A stretch of 59,585 nucleotides of DNA, filler included. It is 9 parts of 9 records of this genome, joined end to end, with 100 filler letters (N's around TTAATTAATTAA, not from the genome) between each part and the next. Parts side by side here need not be neighbours in the genome. Positions count along the whole stretch, not along the records: positions 16,802 to 21,992 come from SRR31147125_70814; positions 22,093 to 29,400 come from SRR31147125_70858; positions 29,501 to 34,932 come from SRR31147125_70876; 6 more parts are not named here. One strand, given 5' to 3'. Below are positions 19,801 to 30,661 of the stretch, piece after piece (positions within the stretch are counted from its first letter, which is position 1; each line of letters begins with the position of its first letter). Under the pieces are notes generated by a model. It saw only the letters and a list, made by a program, of their open reading frames with translations, ran no database searches and was not told the origin of the DNA. Position numbers and translations under genes: made by a program.

Positions 19801-21753
19801 TTTTCTGCAGTCGTAAAAACACCGGTTGCCGATGGTTTCAAGCCCCATCGGCAGAATAATTTCGGACAAATTGATGCATAGGGCAAAACAATTTTCTCCC
19901 AGCCGGGTCAAAGAGGAGGGCAAAATAATGCTCACCAGATTGGCGCATCCTCTAAATGCCGCATCCTTAAGTTCCGTCAGACCGGTGCACCCGCTGAAAT
20001 CCAGCGTTTTTTCCAGAGTCCAGTCAAAGGTCTCCTTTTTCACCGTCGCCTTTGTAATGCCGGGGTTGTTGGACAGATCAATGGCAGTGGCTTTGATGAG
20101 GTACTGCATCAGGGACATATCCGCATCTGTCACGCCTGCATCGGCCAGGTCCACCGCTCCGGTAATGGATTTGAGTTCGGCTGTGGTTAAATTCGGTACG
20201 TACCCGTCTTCCTTTCCGGCGGCAATGGCAAGTTTATTTTTCAGAAGGCTGTTGTCGATTTGAATTTCACCATGGATCTGACCCGGAACAGGGGGTTTAA
20301 CCTCTATGGTGACATCCGGGATCATGGACTTGAAATAATAGGCCACCCGTGTCCACCAGTTGGGGCCGTGTTTTACCCAGGTATACCCGCCCCTGACCTT
20401 ATAGGTTCCGGGCTCAGTATCCTTGGGAACCACAAATTCAATGGTCTTAAGATTTTCCAGTTCCTGGTTCACCTTGGCATGGCCGGATTTTACACGGTCC
20501 AGACCGGGTATCTCCGTGGAAAACAGGGTATAGCTGTCAATGAGCGTTGCGATCCACCATCCGCCGATGGGGTCTACGGGGTGTTCCCGGTCAATGGTCT
20601 CGATATCCAGGTCCGGGATGGTCAGTTTCACCGTGTCCCCTGGCCATATTTCTTCGGTATTCTCAATATTCACTGTAAACAGAAACGGATCATACTCCGG
20701 GTTGTCATTTACTGAAATCTGGATACCTGGAAGGACAGAAAAGCTATGATCCAGCTGATCGGCATCCGTAACCGGGGGAGCTGTCCCGACTGGGCTTTCG
20801 GCATAAAGGCCGCTGCCGAACCAATTGACATCTATATGGCCGTTGAACAGGTTAAAGGTGCCGGCAGCAGTCATCTCCATTTCAACAGCATCGATATGAT
20901 ACTGCTTTGCTCCGCCGGTAACCACCGAATACCTTGGCATATCGGTATTATAGGTAATATGGACGTCAGAGGGGTTGTAAATACGGGAAACTTTGGGAAC
21001 CGGCAGAACCAGGCCGGTAAAATCAAATGTGATCATATCCCCTTCATAAAACTGATCAGAATCCGGTCTTGTCAAATTGACAACATTATAATCGATCTTC
21101 TTGGCCCGGATATTATATACCTTGGTTGTGGTTCCGGTATGGTGTTCAGCCGTAATAACGATGGGGTTATACCCGTCTTTCAGAAAAACGGAGAGGATTC
21201 CGGATGCCGGTGTATACACCTGGCCGTTTACCTGGGCTGCAATGGTTGCGCCGTCTGCAGCGGTAACACCAAAGGAAAAATTAATCCCGTCCTCTAAAAA
21301 ATAAACCGTATCATATTTGGTCAGCTTAATATCTGTATTGATTTCAGGGCCTGAGGGATTTGCAGGAGTTACATTGACGACGATCACCGTGTCCTGTCCC
21401 TTATAATCGGGATAGGAAATTTTAATTTCCGCGACACCCTCTGACAGGCCGTATATATATATTTTATCTTTTTCAGCACCGCTGGGAAGCTCCCTTTGGA
21501 CGGATACCAGACCTTCTCCGCGGATAAACTCGAACACCAGGTCTTCCCTGTTATAGGCCTGGTCATCATTGCCCACCCTTGGGGTGTCCAAAACAACCAA
21601 TTCCTGTTTCTCACCCAGCTTTATTTCAAAGGCAATTTGGCTGAGAAGAAAATCCTCTTTGTAATCCTGAGCCTGGGTGGCGGCAAAGGCAGCCACGGCC
21701 AATAACAATACCAGCAAGTGGGACAAGAAAAAAATCAACCTCTTTTTTTGCAT
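16802..21753 (-). CDS. Large secreted BspA-type leucine-rich-repeat surface protein with Ig-like (Big_2) and cadherin-like beta-sandwich domains, 3'-truncated
   Basis: GGAGGAG RBS and signal peptide; LRR_5 repeats (IxLPxxLxxIGxxAFxxCxxL); WxSSDPxVAVVxxGxVxGI Ig motifs; three internal super-repeats starting near 20265, 18875 and 17562. Confidence 0.88.
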
Positions 21754-21904
21754 GAATCTCCTCCTGAATCATTGAATGAAACGGCGGTAGAGATTTCTTA
21801 TCCCTTCCCGCCAAAGGGTATTGCCCTCCCTGATAAAGATTTTAAAATGCCAGGTCCCCGGGAGAAATAATGCCTCCTTTTCCCCAGTCACGAGTGTATT
21901 CGGT

Positions 21905-21946
21905 AAAAAACATAAAAGCCGGGTTACCTTTCGGCAACCCGGCTTT
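21905..21946 (-). terminator. Intrinsic terminator (riboswitch expression platform)
   Basis: AAAGCCGGGTTGCC-GAAA-GGTAACCCGGCTTT 14-bp stem (one G-U pair) followed by TATGTTTTTT. Confidence 0.85.
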
Positions 21947-21992
21947 CTTAAACGAATAAGACCCGTGGCTTTCCGGCCCCGCTTCACAACGG
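21931..21992 (-). ncRNA. GEMM-I riboswitch aptamer (c-di-GMP-I / 3',3'-cGAMP class), 5'-truncated
   Basis: Minus strand: CCGTT-GTGA-AGCGG (GNRA-capped stem), GGCCGGAAAGCC-ACGGGTCTTA..TAAGA-AAGCCGGGTTGCCGA. Matches the GEMM 3' half and lies in the 5' UTR of the LRR gene. Confidence 0.82.
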
Positions 21993-22092
21993 NNNNNNNN
22001 NNNNNNNNNNNNNNNNNNNNNNNNNNNNNNNNNNNNTTAATTAATTAANNNNNNNNNNNNNNNNNNNNNNNNNNNNNNNNNNNNNNNNNNNN
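21993..22092. other. Artificial contig spacer
   Basis: N44-TTAATTAATTAA-N44. Confidence 0.98.
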
Positions 22093-25000
22093 GGGGATAT
22101 CCTCCTCCACCACCTCCAGGCGGCCCGTAGGGGCTTTGAGGAGGATAGGATCCCGGTCCATACGGATTTGCTGCAAAGGGTCCTTGGGGATACGGGCTCT
22201 GCGGATACGGGCTCTGGCTCTGCGGATATGGACTCTGGCTTTGCGGATATGGACTCTGGCTCTGCGGATATGGACTATGAGGAGCAACCTTGGTATACTG
22301 AGCGCGTGTTCCTTCCTCCACTTGTCGCCACAACTTGCTGCTGGCTCGTCGGACCATATTGCGGAAGGATCCACCACCACGTCGTGGAGATACAGGGGTA
22401 CGATTCACTAGGGATTCGGATAGCTGACGTTCTTGCCAAGCTCCACGCGGAGTTTCGCTTGGGAGAGGAGGTTGATCGTCACCAGGGAGTACCGCGGTGC
22501 GAGGCCGATTCTTCCTGTTGCGATGTCGTTTGAAGAGGGCATAATTCACAGTGATAACCACTACCACAACAGCAGCCACAGCGCCAGCGATGATTGGCAT
22601 GGAATCCGTCTTGGAACCGCCGTCCTCGTCGTCACCGCCGTCGTCGCCACCATCATCGCCACCGTCATCGCCACCGTCGCCATCATCGCCATCATCGCCA
22701 TCACCTCCATCACTGGGGGTGCTAGGAATGGCGGCAAACACGGCAATAGTGGTACCATTGACTTGCAGGGTCTGAACGTTGCAGACGACATCCGTTCGAG
22801 TGCCTCCTGTCTCGATCCCGTCCGTGGTCCATTCGGTACTATGTCCATCCCATGTCCTGCATTCCGGCAAGCAGGTTTCTTCAACACATGTCGATGCAGA
22901 AATCGGAATGTTGACTGCGATCGGGGCTGTTGCCGGCAGAGATGCCGTGATCGTCTCACCAGATATATCCGCCACACCCACTGTGATTGCCGAGGAGAGG
23001 ATGGTCGTACCGTCCGGGAACGGATTCGTTTGGGAGAAGATGAGACGTGCATCAACCAAGGTCGATGCAATATCTGCGACCACACCAGACAAGAAGGCAG
23101 CGGGATAGTTGATACTCGCTTCGCCATTGGTTGTGGTCCATGTGTGACCGCCGATCGAGTTGGCCACATGACGTCCAATGTTCGCGGTCAGGGCACCTTC
23201 GGTGAATTGGTGCTCTTCCCCAGCAAGATCCATCGTCGAAATACTGAGTGAGGAGAAGATTTGATTCACCATCTCGTAGATCTGTAGGCTGCGAGATACG
23301 GTTTCCGGATCGAGTTCACGAGAGGAAAGCGTACGACGCTTCGCACTCTCCTCCTCGGTGTCGCTAACCAGGTTCCCAATGTTCTTGAACAAGAGAGTGA
23401 GAAGATTCAGAGCACCTTCTTGATCCTCTTCCATTCCTAGCAAGCTGTCGAGATTCTCCGAAACACCAGACAAAATATCCACGGCATTGGTGAACATGTT
23501 ATCCGTAACACCTGTAGTCGAGGATGCCGTCACCATGGAAAGACCTTGCATCAGTGTCTCGGCAGGAACAGTCTCCCGAACTGATTTCATCGCTCCCATC
23601 ATATTCTCCCAGAGTTCATCGTTGTCTTCCTCAACAGGCTCCTCCACATGATCCATAAGGTCCGCAATCGCAGAGATGGCTTGAATGAGAACTTCACCGT
23701 CGCCTGTATTGGTGGCGTCTTGCGTAGAGTCCATTAAGAGACTCTGCAGATCTGAAACGACCACTTCCACAGCATGGACCACGACGGAAGTTTGCACGGC
23801 AGAACGAGCTCCCAATCCGTCAAACACATCCACTCCCACCACGACTTCGTCACCAACAGGGAGTTGATCGAGTTCATACCTCGAAGAGGAGGAACGGCCA
23901 CTGGGATAGAAGACCACATTATCCTTTCCAATGTACCAGAAACGGTAACGAAGTTCGGGATCCGGATCCTCCCAATTCGGTGCTTCGAGAACGAATGACG
24001 TGTTCAGGGCATATCCTTCGTCCGGTGTCACAGTGATCATGCCGTTCTGAGGTGGACTATTCACAATAACACTGGTTTCCGCAAACCCATCTCCGTCCGG
24101 ACTCGTCACTTCCAGGCGGAACGTATGCGTAGAGCCCGGAGCAAAGACTTCGTTCCCCTCACTGTTCACAATGAGTGTGGGAGAGTTCGTGGAACTTGCA
24201 AGCGTGCTGAGGTCCAAATCCTCACTGGTAGTCGACCAGGCATAGGTCAGCTGAGACGCAACAGTGTTGCTTATTACAACGCTCATGAGTTTGATAGTGG
24301 ATCGTGTGTTGATCTTGGTCTTGGAGTTCAGATTCTCAATGGCAACCCTGGGTGCGTCCCCAGCCAAGAGAAGCACTTGCTGGATGGCGGTGGTGGAACG
24401 ATCTCCCTTTGAGCACGTCACTTGGAATGTGAAAATGCCGGCTGCAAGCTTTCCGGCGCCAATTGTTTCTGTGGAAGAGGTACCCAAGCTGAGTTCTTCC
24501 CCTGTGTCAATATCGTAGCACGGCCCGTCCGATGTTGAACAACTCCACAGGTAACTTATTGCCCCTGAACTACCAATGGGATCATCGGGATCAAATGATG
24601 AAGAGGCATCAAGTTCCAGGGCCGCCGAACGTGGGAAGGACCGGAACGAACCGCCTGCAATCCTGGAAACAAGCGGCTGGGACTTCACGGTAATGCTCAT
24701 ACTGGCCGAGTTGTTCTTCGATGGATCCGCCTGAAGGCCTCCGAAGATGGTCAAGGTGTACATTTGTCCCGCCGACAGGGTATTGGGAAGAATAGTCAAT
24801 ATGCTTCGTGTGGTGCCCAGTGTTCCTCCGGCTGTATCAAATGGGACAGAAGATTCCCACTGGAAGGCCATCCTTCGATCATTCTCCGTCAAACACGTGG
24901 GAAGAATGGCCATCGCCCTCACATGGACGGATTGCGAGCGTTTGATTTCCATTTGACTGGATCCAGAAATGAAAAGACCAGGAATGGGCCTATCATCCTT

Positions 25001-28000
25001 GTACACGGTCACGGAGACTGACTCGCTAGGGGTGTTCGGGAAGGCAGGATTGACTGCCGACAGAGTGATGGTGTAGGTTGTTCCCGGCGTCATGAGACCA
25101 TTGGGAATCGTGATCATACGCGTCGATGTGTCAATATCCACTTCATCAAGCAAGTTGTTGGTGGCCGTCCAGAGCATGTAGGGTGCCCTTCCACCCATCC
25201 TGGTGGCCCATCCGCGAATCGTAAGATCTTCACAGGAACTGATTGTTGCGGGTGCTCGGATGAAGGCCACAGGAATTGGAATATTGTCGGGTTCCTCGAC
25301 AGAAATGCTCCCTGATGCTGTGTTCGGGGATTCTGGACACTTTCGTAGAGTGCCCTCGCGTAGTGTAAGAGTGTCACCCGCTGCAACTGTTGGCTGACTT
25401 CCCAGATACACCTTGATCTGCCCTTGACCGTGGCTCACCAAGCACCTCGCTCCGTAGCCCAGTGTGGTATCCACAAACAACGTCAAGCATTCAGTAAACG
25501 TCGAAGAAGACGAAATCTTTCCATCAAAGGTCACAGTGATCATACTGGCCGTGTCACTCATCTTGGCGTGGGTCATCACTGGTGCCGGAGCATTGGAGCA
25601 ATCCAGTATCATTGAGGCTTGATGAGCCGCCATCTGGACCGAAGATCCACCACCGTTACCGTTGTCGCTCACAACCAAGTAGAGTATACTGTAGGCGCGG
25701 CTGTAATCCTCCACGGCAAGCGTTGCCAGAACCTGATTGATCGCCTGTAGAGTTCCAGTGACTGATATTCGGGATCCTGATCCCGTAGCAGGCGAAATCT
25801 CTACACTCTCATCCGTCGATATCACCGAGAACGTGGAAGAGGGGGAACTAAATATCCTCAACTCCATCAGAGTCTGTTCGGCGTCTTGCGCCGTTCCTAC
25901 ATCGACATCCGTAATTGAAAAGCCGCTCAGAGTGTGGCTAGCACTCAACGGAACTTGAAGTATGCTTGGGCCGGTGATGGCTGGTGGATCATTCACGGGA
26001 TTCACAGAAACGTATACAACTCGTCGGCCAAAGCTCAATTGCCCCTGAGAAATCTTGCTGATCACTGTTGCAACTCCATTGAAGTTCTCATTTGGCCGGA
26101 AGAGGATCAGGGAAAGAGCCGATCGGATTTCGTTGGCGTTTCCTGTCCACACAAGGGACTCTTGGAACTCGGAAATGTATCCTTGGAGAGCCACTGTTCC
26201 GTGAATAGCCCTGATTTCCAAATCGTACGACTGTATTTGTTGCTCATACGGAATTGTAGTGGTCAGAGTGATCGAGTAGATGTTGAAGGAACTGACGTCC
26301 TCCCATGTTTCGAGCTCGAACGCATCCCCTTCCGCGAAGAAATCGGTTTGAACAAACACACCCCAATCTCCGCGAAGCAGTGGGGACAGAGCGGATGATG
26401 CTGCTGAGCTACCATCGATACCCGTCACCGGAGTTGAAGAAGTCGGTTTCAGTTGACACTGCGTCAGCCCAATGAGTGGAGAAGGTCCGTTTGCATCAAT
26501 TGTGATGATCAGAGTCCTTGCATCTGTCCAGTCACCATGATACTGTCCCTGGGAGAGTCCTCCATCATTGATCCAGTGGAGCATATCCTCGAGTTGCGAC
26601 TGGTCCACGTGTGTTCCCGATGCCCAATTGGTGTCCTTATTGAACTCTATGATGATCTCATCTCCTGCACCACATTCGCTGTCTCCATCATCGGGATCGT
26701 TGGCGGTTATGCTGACAATATTCGGTGGCTCGTTCTTTGTCGTGAATTCGAATGAATCAGACTCCTCGCTGAAACCATACCGATTGCGAGCCGCCACGGT
26801 GGCTGAGTATGCCGTTGCGGGTTGAAGGCCGTATAGTGTTTTTTGTGTGCCGAAAACAAAGAATCGTTGCCCAGAGAGAGAAACGAGGTAGGCATCCACG
26901 GGGGCGCCATTGTCTTGTGGGGCATTCCACGACAGAGTGGCCTGTGTCGCGGTGAGACACTCATCGGCGCATGCAATACTCGGCGGATCGGGCTTGGCAG
27001 GAGAGGTCCCTGCCGTTCGGAATACCATCACTTCGGACGGCTCACTTGTGACATCATTGTACGTATAGGTCACCTTGAAGTTGTAGGCTGTGTTGGGTGT
27101 TTGACCGTCGAGGGACGCAGTCATCAATTCTCCCGTACAGAGCAGGGACTGGAGAGCCACCTCACCATCCTTCCAGAGTGTAACACTGAGATCACGTCCG
27201 CCATAGTAGGGCCGAGACGCCGAGATGACGAGCAGAGTGCTTTGAGCCATCACAAGATGAGGAGGCCTAGCCTGGGGCAGAGGCTCCACATCGGTCGTGA
27301 GGGTGACTGTTGCCGAGGCGTCACTCCACACTTTCGAATCCTTATTCTGGGCACGGACACGGAAAGAGTAGGATTCTTCAGCAATCAGGTAATTGACTGT
27401 CACAGTTGTCTCCGATAACACAACGATAGGGCCCCAATTGCCATGCGGCAGCCGAATCGCAGATAACTCATACTTGAGTGGTGTTTCACCACGTGGATCT
27501 GCCGGGGGATCCCACTGGAGCGTTGCGCTATTGTGTGTCTTGCTTGTGGAATGGAGATTCAACGGTTGAGTGGGGGGCAGGGAGAGGGTATGAACAAAGT
27601 TTGTGGGTCCGAATTCGCCCCATCCGTGTTCGTTTTGTGCTCGCACACGGAATGCGTAGTGGCCATTGGATGTAAGACCCGTGACGGTGACAAATGTATC
27701 CAGTCCCTCGTACGCCTTGGTCCACGAGGCACCATCATCTGCACTCACGTCCAACTCGAAAGCGGTTAAGGTGAACGCGCTCTGAGGAACATCCCATTGA
27801 ATGATTGCAGAGTCAACCCTTGCCATCGTAAAGATGATTATGGGGGACTTGGGGGGCTCGGGACTTGGGGGCTCACTGTACGTACACGGATCGGGCCAGT
27901 AGCCGCAATGCCAACCGCACCAGCCACACCGTCCATGTGGGTCACTCGTACACTGGTGCTGGTCATAGATCTCGCTACACTTTTTCAAGGGGCCGGCAGA

Positions 28001-29400
28001 CACCCAAACATCGGTCTGGCAATTCAGAGGATCATTCGAACACAGGCCACGACCACAGTAGTATGCAAATGGGCATGCACTATCCTCAGGGCACTTTTCA
28101 TCCAGTGTCTCACGGCAAACGCCATTTCCGCATGCATATTTCCCTGCGCATTCTGACATGGCCGGACACGTGTGTTCACGGTCTTGGCATGCAGTAGACG
28201 TGCAAGACCATTGATCGGCTGCACAGCTTCCATCATGGGGACAGCGATACGGTGTTTCCCCGCTGCAGCAACCCTTGTCGGCCGGGTGTTGTTGACAGAA
28301 TTCGTCGATCGCATCCATACAAGCGGTGCTGCTTCCGTCACGTTTGGTGCCGGGATCCATCTCCTCTCCTTTATCATCACAGACGTCTTTGAGCGACATA
28401 CAGAATTCCTTGTCTTCGAAGGGACACGATCCGTCGCAGAAGTGTTCTCCTGCCACACACAGGCCCCTGTCCGAGGAACGCCACAGGGCCGCCGTATCAC
28501 CGCACGATGTGGGATCACTTGCACAGAAGCCGTGTCCACACGGGAAACCACCGGGGCATCCCGATTCCGAAGGACAAGGATCATTTAGGGACGTGCGACA
28601 GAATTCATCCCCACAACTGTATCCTCCAGAGCATGGAGATGCAGCTGAACATGCCTGATCCGCGGGCATACACTTCTGCATGGCATCGCACTCGGAGGAG
28701 GATGTTACGAAACAGGCTCCAGATGGGCATCGATTCTCAGCGGGTTGGCAGCACCCACGATCGTCGGGATGTGCAGTGCAGTGCTCCTGAATAAGAGTCG
28801 TGCAGTCCTCGGAGAGACCGCTTCCGTCTTGCTCACCGCATACGTCGCCTGCCCGCATACAGAACTCCATGGAATCGAACGGACAACCCGATTCACAAAA
28901 ATGAAATCCGTTATCCATACACACAGGCTCGTTGAAGTTCTCGCATTCCTCTGTGCTTGACTGGCACTTGCCATTGCACCACATGCAATCAGGACCATAA
29001 CACTGATATTCGTCCAAATTCGAACAATCGCATTGGTCCCACGGGGCGATACACTTGTCGGAACACCATTTGCAGTCACCCATGCAATCACTAGATGGCT
29101 TTCCAATACAATCTTCGCCACAGAAATTGGCGGAGTTGATACACTTGTCGTGGCACCACCTGCAATCGGGTCCCACACAGTCCGCTTGACTGTGTTCACC
29201 GCACGAATCGCTAGTCGTATCGCACGTAGAACCAGCTTCCAAGCAAGAACCTCCCGTCAAAGTGGCGCACCACAGACAGTCGGGAGCTGTGCAGGTGTCC
29301 TGGGACCTACCCGCACACGTTTCTTCTCCCTCACACGGACCGTACTGACATTTGAACTGGCCGTAGGTGATCCAGCACTTGTTCATCCCTTGAGGGCATG
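22093..29400 (-). CDS. Probable eukaryotic single-pass cell-surface receptor: Cys-rich repeats, 4 FN3 domains, cadherin/Ig-like domains, REJ (PKD1-like) domain, degenerate GPS, TM helix, Pro/Tyr-rich tail; truncated at both ends
   Basis: One frame open across the whole contig (reads CPQG upstream of the listed Met; no stop before the gap). FN3 YAFRVRAQNEHGWGEF; REJ LDASSSFDPD..YLWSC and VNSPPQNG..VTPDEGYALNTSF..W.D; GPS-like CRTWD..WTTDG; TM IIAGAVAAVVVVVITV then KRHRNRK. Confidence 0.8.
22188..22276 (-). repeat. Coding tandem repeat (3 x 21 bp plus 15-bp variants) encoding SPYPQSQ
   Basis: CTGGCT(C/T)TGCGGATATGGACT at 22214-22234, 22235-22255 and 22256-22276. Confidence 0.9.
22622..22710 (-). 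repeat. Coding low-complexity Gly/Asp repeat in the juxtamembrane stalk
   Basis: DGGDGDDGDDGDGGDDGGDDGGDDGGDDEDGG. Confidence 0.8.
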
Positions 29401-29500
29401 NNNNNNNNNNNNNNNNNNNNNNNNNNNNNNNNNNNNNNNNNNNNTTAATTAATTAANNNNNNNNNNNNNNNNNNNNNNNNNNNNNNNNNNNNNNNNNNNN
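29401..29500. other. Artificial contig spacer
   Basis: N44-TTAATTAATTAA-N44. Confidence 0.98.
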
Positions 29501-29501
29501 T

Positions 29502-30599
29502 TTTATGCTTTACTCCTTTTCAGTAATCGTATTGCCTAGATTCGCGACAGAATTCACGAAGCTTGCCGAAGATACACCGACATTTTTCCGTAAAGCCTCG
29601 CAGGTTCATATTCCGAAACTACAAAAGAAAATTAATCTCTTTATCGAAGATATTACAGAACCGATGGCGGAAATCGAGGATGCGGTTGACAATAAAGGCG
29701 ATAAAAAAGAGCCTGATGTTGTCGCCAACGAATACAAGCCTCCCATCGAGTACAAACCATTTAGTGTTGTCAATGGTGACGATGATAAAGTTACCGGTAT
29801 TGCCGATGTTTTGCAAAACATGAGCATCGAGATTGAAGCAAGTGGCGAAAATCGCTACCGGCTTAATTTTGTCGAAAAACGTGGTAGGGTGGGCAAGCTT
29901 TCAAAAGACGAACTCGATTTGCAAAATAGCGTCCGCGAATATATCAATGGACTTTTAAGCACGTCGGAGCAGTATGTCGAAAACATTATCGATCTGTCCA
30001 AAGGCATAATATCGAGAGTGATTTCGTCACTGATGACCTTTGTGCTGACTCTCATGCTGGCGGCGTTTATCCTGATCGACACTGATCGCATAATGCGCTT
30101 TTTCCGTTCGCTTGTGCCACCGAACAATCGTGAAGAATACGATGATATTCTCGAAGGCATAAATATCGGGCTTGGCGGAGTTATTCGAGGTCAACTGCTT
30201 ATTTGTCTTGTGAACGGCACTTTAACCGGTATTGGACTGGCTATTCTTGGCGTTAAATATGCAGTGATACTCGCTTTTATTGCCGGTGTTTTCTCTCTTG
30301 TACCTATTTTCGGAACGATAATCTCATCCATTCCATCGGTGGGAATTGCGCTAACTCAATCTTTCACTCTCGGATTTCTGGTGCTGATCTGGATTATCAT
30401 CATTCATCTTATCGAAGCTAATTTACTGAATCCCAAAATCATCGGAACATCTGCAAAGATTCATCCGGTTTTTGTGGTGTTGGCTCTTGTAGCAGGTGAA
30501 CATGCTTTTGGTCTTTTCGGAGCTTTGCTCGCTGTGCCTGTGTTCTCGATTTTCCAGACTCTGTTCATCTATTTCCGTAAAAAAGCCTATCCCGAATAA
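29502..30599 (+). CDS. AI-2E (PerM/UPF0118) family transporter, 5'-truncated
   Basis: IRGQLLICLVNG, FSLVPIFG, EANLLNPKIIG..IHP, FGLFGALLAVP. Confidence 0.9.
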   Translation, partial: FMLYSFSVIVLPRFATEFTKLAEDTPTFFRKASQVHIPKLQKKINLFIEDITEPMAEIEDAVDNKGDKKEPDVVANEYKPPIEYKPFSVVNGDDDKVTGIADVLQNMSIEIEASGENRYRLNFVEKRGRVGKLSKDELDLQNSVREYINGLLSTSEQYVENIIDLSKGIISRVISSLMTFVLTLMLAAFILIDTDRIMRFFRSLVPPNNREEYDDILEGINIGLGGVIRGQLLICLVNGTLTGIGLAILGVKYAVILAFIAGVFSLVPIFGTIISSIPSVGIALTQSFTLGFLVLIWIIIIHLIEANLLNPKIIGTSAKIHPVFVVLALVAGEHAFGLFGALLAVPVFSIFQTLFIYFRKKAYPE

Positions 30600-30601
30600 G
30601 C

Positions 30602-30639
30602 AAAAAAATTGCATGCACCCTGGTTGGATACATGCAATT
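30602..30639 (-). terminator. Hairpin terminator between convergent genes
   Basis: AATTGCATG (30607-30615) / CATGCAATT (30631-30639), with an A7 tract that gives a U tail on the minus strand. Confidence 0.55.
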
Positions 30640-30661
30640 GAAGATTAAATCTGTTGCAGGT

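Noticed and set aside
21754..21904. Cobalamin or a second riboswitch in the LRR gene leader
   Set aside because: A few GC hairpins are present, but there is no B12-box or other recognisable aptamer core.
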